IMG/VR virus record: IMGVR_UViG_3300037755_000476
Direction: 5' to 3' (one strand)
Source: a virus
DNA length: 64,000 nt
The notes beneath the pieces were generated by a model, which was not told the origin of the DNA, searched no databases, and worked only from the letters and a program-made list of their open reading frames with translations. A program made the position numbers and the translations under genes. Shown piece after piece: positions 22,635 through 31,882 of the stretch (position 1 is its first letter; each line of letters starts with the position of its first letter).

Positions 22635-25121
22635 ATGGCAAGAAACAAAACACACCTAAAAGTAGCAAATCATAGAGTTGCACCAAACCCTTTCGCAACT
22701 TCGGAGGAAAAGGCAAGTGACGAATACGGACTACAGTTCGCGAAATTAATCGAACACGAATGGTTCTATATCTCGGCAGGGAACACTGCTAGCAAGTTTT
22801 ATGACAAGCGCCTTAAAATGGATGAGCAGAGAAAGTATGCTCGTGGGGAACACAGTACAGGTCTTGTAAAAAAACTTATTACAGACGGCGTTGACGGAGA
22901 CTCTTTTTCCAATTTTGACTGGCGCCCAATTCAAATACTCCCTAAGTTTATCAAATTAGTGGTGAGCCAAATGATGGAACGTCTGTACGAAATAGACGCA
23001 CAGGCAGTTGATGGCATCTCCCAAGGACTGAGGGACGAGTATAAGGATATCTTACAGAAGAATATGTATGCAAAGGATATGCTCAACGACGCCAAAAGCT
23101 TGTTTGGGATAGATTTGGTACCCTCTGGATTGGGCGAAATTCCTGATAGTGATGCAGAGATTGAGCTACACATGAAGCTAAAGTACAAACCTGCTATCGA
23201 GATAGCCATAGAGCAGGCCCTAAAATATACCTTAGAGTTAAACGAATACGACGAGACGCAAAAAAGACTTATAAAGGATTTAGTAGAGATAGGCGTTGCG
23301 GCCCTCCACCACAGAACTGACCCTACAAAAGGAATCATAGCGGAGTACAGGGACCCAGCCGATATGTGTTGGGCCTATCCCACCAAGTCTAATTTTGACA
23401 ACGTAAACTATTACGGCGTAGTTAGGAGACTTACAATTAGCGAAGTGCAAAGGCTTTCGGGTAAGAAATTCACGCCGGAGGAATTGGAGAAGTATAAGAA
23501 CGTATCCAACGAGTGGCAAGGGTATAACCGTATATCGAACGAGTTTTGGTACAGGGGGGAAGACTTGCCCAGCACTATGGTAGATGTCTTGGATTTCACT
23601 TTTAAGACGACCAAGACCACCAAGTTCAAAAAGAAATACAAACCAAACGGAGGGTTTTCCATTACAGAAAAGCCGTCCGATTATATTAAGCCCGAACACA
23701 TACTTGCCAAAGAACAGGAACAGGGTTTCAAAGAGTACGATATCCTAGAGGATGTACAAGAAGTGTGGTACGAAGGCTCTATGATACTTGGTAGCGACAT
23801 GCTATACAACTACAGGGAATGCTCAAATATGATTAGGCCGGAAGGTTTTATCAATAACAAAGTATCTTCCAATTATATAGTATATGCCCCAGAATTGTAC
23901 CAAGGAAGGATTCAATCCTTAGTGGACAGGGTAATTCAATACGTGGACCAGTTACAGCAGATACAAATAAAAATACAACAGTTCGTAGCTAAGGCCAAGC
24001 CCAACGGTATTTGGATTGACGTGGACGGATTGCAAGAATTGGACCTAGGGGACGGCAACTCTTTTGACGCATTGGACCTTATCAGGTACTACGACCAGAC
24101 CGGTAACTTACTTGGAACATCTAGGCTGTCAGATGGAGGGTACAGCAATGGGGCCCTTCCCATAAAAGAGTTGAACAACGGGGCAATGGCGGGACTGGAG
24201 CAACTTATGAACGCCCACAACTTCCATTTTCAGATGTTCAGGGATTCGATAGGTATAGGACAGGGTGCCGACGGTACCCTACCAGACCCGAGGACTTCCA
24301 ACGGGGCTTTGGAGTCTCAAGAGGTCAAGTCCAACGTGGCAACTAGGTACATACTGGACTCCCAGTTAAAAATGACACAGTACCTAGCTAATGGCCTCTC
24401 CCTTAGGCTTAAGGACATATTCAAGTATTCTAATTTGAAAAATGCCTATATTAACTCTATAGGAAGGGTCAATGTTGATGTATTAGATTCTATCCAAGAC
24501 CTTCATCTACATGATTTTGGTATAACCATTAAACTTAAGCCGGACGCACAGGACAGGGCCATGTTGGAGCAGAACATACAGGCGGAAATTTCTGCCGGAA
24601 ACCTTGGTACCGAGGATGGCATAGATATAAGAAAGATAGGTAATATTTCTGTGGCAAACGAAATGCTTAAAGTCCGCAAGGAGAAAAGGATTAAGGAGGC
24701 CCACGCTAGGGAGATAGAAAAGATAGAGGCTAACGGTCAGGCTAGCCAACAGGCTGCCCAAGCGGCAGCAGCATCCAAGAAAGAGGAGATAATGTTTGAG
24801 ACAGAGGCTAAGAAGGAGTTGCTTATATTAGAGGCAGAACTTAAAAGGGCCGCTCTTAACGAGGAATTAGAGGCCAAGAGATTATTGATGGCCGACGAGT
24901 ACTATTACCAAACAGGGGTACAGACCAAGATAGCTGAAGTAAAAAGGAGCGACGACGCCTACAAAGAGGACAGGAAGGACAAGCGTACAGCCATTCAAGC
25001 CACTCAGCAAAGTAAAATGAAGGCGGAGCAAAGTAAAGAGGGGGGCGGTAAGCCTATAGACTTCGAATCGGCACACACAAGCATGACCGGAGAGCTCGGC
25101 CTAGACGATTTTAGGGTGTAA
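22635..25121 (+). CDS. Portal protein
   Basis: 828-aa protein after the terminase, W.PI.ILPKF motif, C-terminal coiled coil; start set at MARNK. Confidence 0.8.
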   Translation: MARNKTHLKVANHRVAPNPFATSEEKASDEYGLQFAKLIEHEWFYISAGNTASKFYDKRLKMDEQRKYARGEHSTGLVKKLITDGVDGDSFSNFDWRPIQILPKFIKLVVSQMMERLYEIDAQAVDGISQGLRDEYKDILQKNMYAKDMLNDAKSLFGIDLVPSGLGEIPDSDAEIELHMKLKYKPAIEIAIEQALKYTLELNEYDETQKRLIKDLVEIGVAALHHRTDPTKGIIAEYRDPADMCWAYPTKSNFDNVNYYGVVRRLTISEVQRLSGKKFTPEELEKYKNVSNEWQGYNRISNEFWYRGEDLPSTMVDVLDFTFKTTKTTKFKKKYKPNGGFSITEKPSDYIKPEHILAKEQEQGFKEYDILEDVQEVWYEGSMILGSDMLYNYRECSNMIRPEGFINNKVSSNYIVYAPELYQGRIQSLVDRVIQYVDQLQQIQIKIQQFVAKAKPNGIWIDVDGLQELDLGDGNSFDALDLIRYYDQTGNLLGTSRLSDGGYSNGALPIKELNNGAMAGLEQLMNAHNFHFQMFRDSIGIGQGADGTLPDPRTSNGALESQEVKSNVATRYILDSQLKMTQYLANGLSLRLKDIFKYSNLKNAYINSIGRVNVDVLDSIQDLHLHDFGITIKLKPDAQDRAMLEQNIQAEISAGNLGTEDGIDIRKIGNISVANEMLKVRKEKRIKEAHAREIEKIEANGQASQQAAQAAAASKKEEIMFETEAKKELLILEAELKRAALNEELEAKRLLMADEYYYQTGVQTKIAEVKRSDDAYKEDRKDKRTAIQATQQSKMKAEQSKEGGGKPIDFESAHTSMTGELGLDDFRV

Positions 25122-25186
25122 AAAATAGCATACATTTTTATTCGTAGATTTGTACTATAAGACAATATAACTAAATTTAATCCATA

Positions 25187-26383
25187 ATGGCATTATTTAA
25201 AAAAAAGGGCGACAACCTTAGTAGGGCAGGCGCTATATTGGACGCACTGTCCCCAAAAGAAATAGATGCACAGGCCCCAGAGGCCCAACAACAGAACGAC
25301 ACTCCACTAGCAGCCGCTCCCGTAGTGGACACACTGCCGGTAGTGAACAACGATACACCGCCAGAGGGCGCGCCTAACAGCGACGCCCTTGCGGAAGTGG
25401 TAAACCATGCCGATGTAGTTGCAACTACGGACGTGGACGAACCCACGGTAACCCCGGAACGGACAGTTCCACAAAATGCAGAGGTAACAGAGGAAATACT
25501 GTTGGCCAAGCTCAGCGAGAGGCTGGGCAGAAAGGTTGATAGTTTTGACGATTTGACCCCGAAAGAGGCCAACATCGACCCTGAGCTAAAACAACTGCAA
25601 GAGTGGAAAGAGAAGACCGGACTACCTTTATCCGAATGGTCTAATTACACTAGGGACTTTTCTAAGATGGGGGACATGGATGTGGCAAGAGAGATTCTGG
25701 CCAAAAAATATCCTAACTTCACAAAAGAAGAGCTTAATTATGAGTTGAAGGGCTTTGTTTACGACGAAGCTACCGACGACGAGGGTATGAAGATGAAAAA
25801 GAGCATCGAACTTAAAAAATTCGCTGCCGAGGGTAGGGGACAATTGGAGGCCCAAAGACTGGAACTTAAAAGTTCCGCTCCGCAGGCAGTTCTAACAAAA
25901 GAGCAACAGGACGCCATAGCACTGGCCCAACAAGTACAACAACAGTCTCTGACTACGAAACAGCAGCAAGAGGCCTACAATGCAGGGATAGTGCAAGCAT
26001 CCACAAATCTGGAAGCGATTGATTTGAAATTGTCGGACAATTTGACCATTAAGTACAACATACCAGTTGAGGTCAAAAAAGGTCTTCCCAAGATGGTGGC
26101 AGAGATGCCCCACTGGTACAACGAAGACGGTACGTACAACCATTTAAACGTAGTTAAGGATGTTGCCAAAGTGACTAATTTTGAAGCAATGGTCAAAGCA
26201 GCTTACGAACAAGGTATAGCTGCGGGGACTGAGAGTAGGATTAAGGCCGGAGGTAATATTACCGTGGACGGAGTTCCAAATCAGGCACCGGCTTCGACAA
26301 CAAAAGGAAACGTAACCGACGTTGTAAGTAAGATTACAGGGGCCAAAACAGGCAGTAAGTTACGTTTCAGGACAAAAAAATAA
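25187..26383 (+). CDS. Capsid scaffolding protein (probable)
   Basis: Acidic low-complexity N-terminus and helical C-terminus, between portal and capsid genes. Confidence 0.6.
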   Translation: MALFKKKGDNLSRAGAILDALSPKEIDAQAPEAQQQNDTPLAAAPVVDTLPVVNNDTPPEGAPNSDALAEVVNHADVVATTDVDEPTVTPERTVPQNAEVTEEILLAKLSERLGRKVDSFDDLTPKEANIDPELKQLQEWKEKTGLPLSEWSNYTRDFSKMGDMDVAREILAKKYPNFTKEELNYELKGFVYDEATDDEGMKMKKSIELKKFAAEGRGQLEAQRLELKSSAPQAVLTKEQQDAIALAQQVQQQSLTTKQQQEAYNAGIVQASTNLEAIDLKLSDNLTIKYNIPVEVKKGLPKMVAEMPHWYNEDGTYNHLNVVKDVAKVTNFEAMVKAAYEQGIAAGTESRIKAGGNITVDGVPNQAPASTTKGNVTDVVSKITGAKTGSKLRFRTKK

Positions 26384-26413
26384 GAAACCATAACTATAAA
26401 CAATTATTAAACA

Positions 26414-27754
26414 ATGGCATTAGCAGCAGTACCAACGTACGCAATCAGCCCTAGTTCGGTCAAGGCACCTAGCCAGACCAACTATATCGATATATTCGAT
26501 TACACTTCGCAATATGCACCTGACGCTTACGAACAATTGATTTCTATCTACGGGGACCAATCCCTTATGGGTATGATTTTTGAACTTGGGAGCGAGGAGC
26601 CCATTTCTTCCGACCAGTACATCTGGACAGAGAAAGGACGTCTCCATACTTCCTACGACGCGGTAACACGTTCTGGTAACGTATTCACCCAAGCCGGTCA
26701 CGTATTCCGTATCGGAGAGGTAGTAGCGGTATCCGGTAACTCCAACTTCCAGTTGGGACGTATTACTGCTGTAACAGCAAGTACCTTCACCGCCCTTCCT
26801 TATAAGGCAGCAGGCTGGCTGGTAGGGACAACAGCTATTAAAGCTTTTATCTCCCACTCCGAGTTCTTGAAAGGTTCCGGACCAATGGACGGAAGCCTTG
26901 AAACGGACTTCACAGTATTGAACAACAAGACCATCATCGAAAGGGATAACTACCTTGCGAGTGGTTCCGAAATCACTCAAGATTCTTGGGTACAAACCGA
27001 TAACGGAGGTTTTGTATGGTACCTTCAGTCTGAATTGGACGGAAGACGCAGGTTTGAGGACAGGATTGAGTTGGGTCTTTTACAAGGGGAATCTGCCGAA
27101 GCTGGGTCTGAGGCCGGAGCAGCCGGTTACGACGGTACAGAGGGTCTTTTCGAGTCCATCCGTACAAGAGGTAACGTATTTGACGGTCTTGCCACAACAT
27201 TGGCCGACTGGGATACAATCTTGAAGCGTTTCGATGCACAAGGTAAAATCCGTGAATATATGTTCTACGTTGACAGGGACCAATCTCTAGCAATCGATGA
27301 CCTTTTGGGTACATTGAACGCAGGGTACTCTGACGGTATCTCCTTTGGTATGTTCGACAACAGTGAGGATATGGCCGTTAACCTTGGATTCCAAGGGTTC
27401 CGAAGAGGGACATATGACTTCTACAAATCCGACTGGAAAGTTCTGAACGACCCTACCCTTTTAGGAGCGGTAGCACCAGCGGACGGAAAAGTACGTGGAC
27501 TGTTGGTTCCTTACGGGGATACCGAAGTATATGACGGAACAAGCCCAATGGCCGACCGTATCACCAAGCCTTACCTATCCATCAAGTATAGGGTAAAAGG
27601 TGCGGAGAACAGACGCCACAAGACTTGGATTACAGGCTCAGTCGGAACGAACGCGCCAACAGACGGAAATGACCACATGAGAGTTCATCACCTAGCGGAT
27701 AGGGGAGTTTGTACCATAGGTGCAAATAACTTTATGCTTTTTGAAGGAGCTTAA
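26414..27754 (+). CDS. Major capsid protein
   Basis: 446 aa, synteny, optimised codons, W.E..RL and D.M.V...ADRG motifs. Confidence 0.8.
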   Translation: MALAAVPTYAISPSSVKAPSQTNYIDIFDYTSQYAPDAYEQLISIYGDQSLMGMIFELGSEEPISSDQYIWTEKGRLHTSYDAVTRSGNVFTQAGHVFRIGEVVAVSGNSNFQLGRITAVTASTFTALPYKAAGWLVGTTAIKAFISHSEFLKGSGPMDGSLETDFTVLNNKTIIERDNYLASGSEITQDSWVQTDNGGFVWYLQSELDGRRRFEDRIELGLLQGESAEAGSEAGAAGYDGTEGLFESIRTRGNVFDGLATTLADWDTILKRFDAQGKIREYMFYVDRDQSLAIDDLLGTLNAGYSDGISFGMFDNSEDMAVNLGFQGFRRGTYDFYKSDWKVLNDPTLLGAVAPADGKVRGLLVPYGDTEVYDGTSPMADRITKPYLSIKYRVKGAENRRHKTWITGSVGTNAPTDGNDHMRVHHLADRGVCTIGANNFMLFEGA

Positions 27755-27806
27755 TTTGGAAGTTTGAAATAAATTCCCTATATTTGTAAAAAATACGGGA
27801 AGAAAC

Positions 27807-27895
27807 AAGGCCGACGTCCTCTTAAAAAGCCTTAAAACATTAATACTAACCCTTGATGGTCAGAGAGTGGACGCTCTTTCCATCGAGGGTTTTTT
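27807..27895 (+). promoter_or_regulatory. Structured leader/terminator in front of the endonuclease gene
   Basis: Hairpins aaggc/gcctt and aacccttgatgg/ccatcgagggtt plus T run; loops cgtcc and ggacg are complementary. Confidence 0.55.
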
Positions 27896-27899
27896 AATT

Positions 27900-29363
27900 A
27901 TGGCAAAAAGAAAGACTCAAGAGGAGTTCATAAAAGACTGTAAAAATGTTCATGGGGATTTGTATGACTATTCAATGTCGGTATATAAAAACGGCTCCAC
28001 TAAAATTAATATAATTTGCAATGTTCATGGAGTATTTAGTCAGTTACCTAGTAACCACTTAGTTGGAAACGGTTGCCCGGGTTGTGGCCCAAGTAAAATG
28101 TCCAAAACAAAAAGAAGGACCAAAGAAGAGTTTATAGACTTGGCAGAAAAGGTCCATAAAGGGAAGTATAAGTACGATGACGTAGAGTATATAAACGGTC
28201 AGACAAAAGTAACCATTTCTTGTAGAAAGCACGGAAGCTTCTCTCAAAAACCATATAGCCACCTAGAAGGGGCAGGGTGTTATGAATGTAGGTTGGATAA
28301 CAACAGGTCTTCTAAAAAACAGTTCTCGGACAAGGCTAAAAAAGTCCACGAAGATAGATATCTTTACGATAAAGTAAAGTATGTTACTAATAAGGACAAA
28401 GTTAAGATAACTTGTAAAGAGCACGGAGTTTTTGAACAAAGGCCCGACAAGCACTTGGTAGGAGAGGGTTGCCCGGTGTGCTCGGCACATTTTACAAAGT
28501 CCAAAGCAGAAAAAAGACTGTCTGAATACGTTTCACAATTAGTTCCCGACGAAAAGGTTATAAGCGGTGACAGGGAATTAATATACCCAAATGAACTAGA
28601 CGTATTCATTCCTAATAAGAAGTTAGCTATCGAGTATAATGGACTGCACTGGCACTCAGATTTGAACATAAAAGACAGTTATCATTTAGATAAGACAGAA
28701 AAATGCTTAGATAGGGGGACAAGGCTTGTCCATTTATTTGAAGACGAGTGGGCCGATAAAAAATGTATAGTAAAATCTAGAATAGTAAATTTATTAGGGA
28801 CCACTAAGAATAAGATATACGCCAGAAAGTGCGAAATCAGGGAAGTTTGCACCCCTGCGGCCATGACTTTTTTGGACTCGAATCACCTACAAGGGAGGCT
28901 AGGGGCAACTATTAAACTAGGCCTGTATTATAACAATTCATTAGTATCCTTGATGACTTTCGGTAAACTTAGAAAAAGCCTAGGGCAATCCCATAAAGAA
29001 GGCCATTATGAATTATTAAGATTTTGCAATGTATTAAACACCTCGGTAGTGGGGGGAGCCTCTAAACTGTTGAAATATTTTGAAAATGTTTGGTCTCCAT
29101 GCCGAATAATAAGTTATGCGGACAGGAGGTGGTCAGAAGGAGACCTGTACTACCAACTAGGATTCGAACTAGTTAGAAAAAGTGCCCCTAACTACTTCTA
29201 CACTAAAGGTAAAAAAAGAGAGTCTAGGTTCAAGTACAGAAAGTCTGAGCTTATTAGACTAGGGTGGGGGACAAAAGAGCAGACGGAAAGGGAGATAATG
29301 TCCTCAAAAGGGTATAATAGGATATACGATTGCGGGGCCCTAGTCTTCCATAAAACCTATTAA
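27900..29363 (+). CDS. Free-standing endonuclease: four DUF723-like zinc repeats, PD-(D/E)XK/Vsr-like domain, Hef-like C-terminus
   Basis: VH...YDY..C..HG.F.Q.P..HL.G.GC repeats; ELDVFIP..KLAIEYNG.HWH. Confidence 0.78.
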   Translation: MAKRKTQEEFIKDCKNVHGDLYDYSMSVYKNGSTKINIICNVHGVFSQLPSNHLVGNGCPGCGPSKMSKTKRRTKEEFIDLAEKVHKGKYKYDDVEYINGQTKVTISCRKHGSFSQKPYSHLEGAGCYECRLDNNRSSKKQFSDKAKKVHEDRYLYDKVKYVTNKDKVKITCKEHGVFEQRPDKHLVGEGCPVCSAHFTKSKAEKRLSEYVSQLVPDEKVISGDRELIYPNELDVFIPNKKLAIEYNGLHWHSDLNIKDSYHLDKTEKCLDRGTRLVHLFEDEWADKKCIVKSRIVNLLGTTKNKIYARKCEIREVCTPAAMTFLDSNHLQGRLGATIKLGLYYNNSLVSLMTFGKLRKSLGQSHKEGHYELLRFCNVLNTSVVGGASKLLKYFENVWSPCRIISYADRRWSEGDLYYQLGFELVRKSAPNYFYTKGKKRESRFKYRKSELIRLGWGTKEQTEREIMSSKGYNRIYDCGALVFHKTY

Positions 29364-29430
29364 ATTTGCGCATTAAAATAAGTCTTATATTTGTTTAAAT
29401 AATATTAATCTAATTCTAATTTAAACAAAA

Positions 29431-30219
29431 ATGGCAGTAAAAAAAGCAGCCCCCAAAACCGGGGCACCAAAACTAACGGCTAAGAACTATAGACTCTTAC
29501 GCTACCAACCCCTCACCTTCACCCTAAAGGTAGGACGTAACAACTCCCTTCTGGTATTTGACGAATCCACTGGAATGAACAGGGCCATAAGGCACTGTCC
29601 CGGTGAAAGGTCCATCTTTGTAGACGAACAGTCGGAGAATGCGGTAGTCGTCCCAATCATATTCCTGAAAGGCCTTTTAGAGACAAAAGAGACGGAAGTA
29701 CTTACCCAAATGTTCTTGGACGCACATCCAAAGAAAGGCGGAGTGTTCGAACTTATAGACACAGCTTCCGATGCTACCGACATAGCCGACATGGAAGAAT
29801 TGAAACTTGATGTCAAGCAGGCTATCCGGGACAAGGCAAAAGAGGACTCTGGAATAGAAGAGTTGAGGATTATCACATCCGTACTTATCAGCAATGCTGC
29901 GGAGGCGGCCAAAATGGAACCGTCCCAAATCAAGAATGCCCTGTACGACCTTGTTGACCAGAACGTTAATAGATTCGTGGACGACAGTGGCGAGGTAAGT
30001 ATTTTCGACGACGTAAAAATCAAGAGAGAGGCCATTACCCAGCACGCGTTCAACTCCGGGGTAATCCAAGTGAGTGCCGACGGAAGTAAGGTAATGTGGT
30101 CGGACAACAAAGCCACAATTTGCATGATTCCGGTAGGACAGAGCCACGTAGACTTCTTCTCCAAGTACTTAGGTACAGAGGAAGGGCTACAGGTTGCGGT
30201 AGAGATATCCAGACGATAA
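29431..30219 (+). CDS. Hypothetical (probably structural) protein
   Basis: 262-aa ORF with own promoter at 29386-29393, in the head module. Confidence 0.6.
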   Translation: MAVKKAAPKTGAPKLTAKNYRLLRYQPLTFTLKVGRNNSLLVFDESTGMNRAIRHCPGERSIFVDEQSENAVVVPIIFLKGLLETKETEVLTQMFLDAHPKKGGVFELIDTASDATDIADMEELKLDVKQAIRDKAKEDSGIEELRIITSVLISNAAEAAKMEPSQIKNALYDLVDQNVNRFVDDSGEVSIFDDVKIKREAITQHAFNSGVIQVSADGSKVMWSDNKATICMIPVGQSHVDFFSKYLGTEEGLQVAVEISRR

Positions 30220-30239
30220 TTTTATAAACATTAATAGAG

Positions 30240-30263
30240 AAGCCTCCTTGTCGGGGGCTTTTT
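30240..30263 (+). terminator. Intrinsic terminator
   Basis: aagcctcc/gggggctt plus T run. Confidence 0.75.
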
Positions 30264-30312
30264 CTGTTTATTAATATTTCGTATCTTTAGTGCACTTATA
30301 AAGAGATAAAAG

Positions 30313-31005
30313 ATGATAAACTCCGTTTACGAACTACTAAAGACAATACTCAATAAAGAGCTCAGGGGAAACGTTACCCCCATAGAGTTCAACCTTATAG
30401 CCAAACAGGCCCAAGAGGAAATATTCCGGGGATACTTTGAGGACGAGGCAAGGGATAAGCATAAGGAAAAAAGAGGCCTTTCCAGCAAGGGGTACGCAAA
30501 TCTGGCCCTCATACAAAGACAGAGGATAGACCAATTTTCAAAAAAGGCAACACTTACATACAGCGACCCTAATTTTATACTGCCAGAGGATTTGTATTTC
30601 ATAAAAGATTTTGGAGTAGACTATAACGGTACCGTGGTAGAGGAGATGGAAGGACAGTATGTATCTTTCTTGGGCAAGTCGCTGGCTGCCCCATCCACGG
30701 TATTCCCCACTTACGAGCAAGAGGGCGGCCTTATAACCATAACACCGGATACAATAGTTTCAGGAGTGACCTGTAGGTACGTAAAAAGTCCTGAGGACCC
30801 TAAGTGGACGTATACTATCGTATCCGGCACCGAGATGTACAACCCCGATGCCGACGACTTTCAGGATTTTGAGCTGCACATTTCTGAGTTTACCAATCTT
30901 GTAATAAGGATGTTGTCGTACTTTGGTGTCAATATTAGGGAGCCGGAAGTTTCTCAATATGCGGAAGCTTTGAAAAAAGAAAAAGAAACAAGGGAAGAAT
31001 CCTAA
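30313..31005 (+). CDS. Tail ring/adaptor protein (probable)
   Basis: Synteny before the large tail protein; P..P.W motif. Confidence 0.55.
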   Translation: MINSVYELLKTILNKELRGNVTPIEFNLIAKQAQEEIFRGYFEDEARDKHKEKRGLSSKGYANLALIQRQRIDQFSKKATLTYSDPNFILPEDLYFIKDFGVDYNGTVVEEMEGQYVSFLGKSLAAPSTVFPTYEQEGGLITITPDTIVSGVTCRYVKSPEDPKWTYTIVSGTEMYNPDADDFQDFELHISEFTNLVIRMLSYFGVNIREPEVSQYAEALKKEKETREES

Positions 31006-31015
31006 AAAATAAACA

Positions 31016-31879
31016 ATGGGCCTACCAAATTTTACAAATTTAGATAACTACTATGATGACGTTTCCCAGTTCGGAGACTATCAATATAGCACCCTCGAAG
31101 AAGTAGTAAACAACTTTATGTTCGAGCAGGACGACGATTCTTACGTGGCGCATTCTGACAGGGCTAGGGTGGCCATATTCGGAAAGAAGGGAGTGAGGGA
31201 ACTCTACTACGACGTGGTAAATGAGATTATTTCCATAGAGCTGGATTTAGACCCCTCTCTAATTATACCCTTACCCCACGACTATATACAGTATGTAAGG
31301 ATTTCTTGGGTGGACCAAAGGGGGAAGAAACACCCCTTGGCATATGACAGAAGCTTTAACTTGGCCCAAGCCTACTTACAGGACGATGACTATCAGTTTT
31401 TGTATGACATGAATGGAGATATCCTTAAGGGAAGCCACATCCAGAATACAGTGGAGAGTAACCCTATTATAGCCAACGAGGATGCCGACCTAATTGCCAA
31501 CTTTACGGAGAGGGGGTTCAATGTAGATAGGTCCAAAATATTTAAGAACGGAAGTTTTATTATAGACAAGACCCAAGGGGTCATACAATTTTCTTCCATC
31601 GTCACCGGAAAGACTATTGTTCTGGATTACCTCAGCGACGGCCTGTTCCAGAGGACGGATGACCAGATAAAGATACACAAGTTTGCGGAAGAGGCCTTAT
31701 ATGCCTATATTTATTTCAACCTCATCAAAAGAAAAAGGTCGGTACCGGAGAGGGAAAAGATGAGGGCCGAAGCGGAATGGTTCAACCAAAGAAGGGTGGC
31801 CAAGAAGAGGATTTCTCCGATAACTTACGATAACGTTAGACAGATTTTAAATGGGTCTAGCAAATGGATAAAGAATTAA
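31016..31879 (+). CDS. Tail ring/adaptor protein (probable)
   Basis: LPHDYIQYVRIS motif; synteny. Confidence 0.55.
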   Translation: MGLPNFTNLDNYYDDVSQFGDYQYSTLEEVVNNFMFEQDDDSYVAHSDRARVAIFGKKGVRELYYDVVNEIISIELDLDPSLIIPLPHDYIQYVRISWVDQRGKKHPLAYDRSFNLAQAYLQDDDYQFLYDMNGDILKGSHIQNTVESNPIIANEDADLIANFTERGFNVDRSKIFKNGSFIIDKTQGVIQFSSIVTGKTIVLDYLSDGLFQRTDDQIKIHKFAEEALYAYIYFNLIKRKRSVPEREKMRAEAEWFNQRRVAKKRISPITYDNVRQILNGSSKWIKN

Positions 31880-31882
31880 TAG

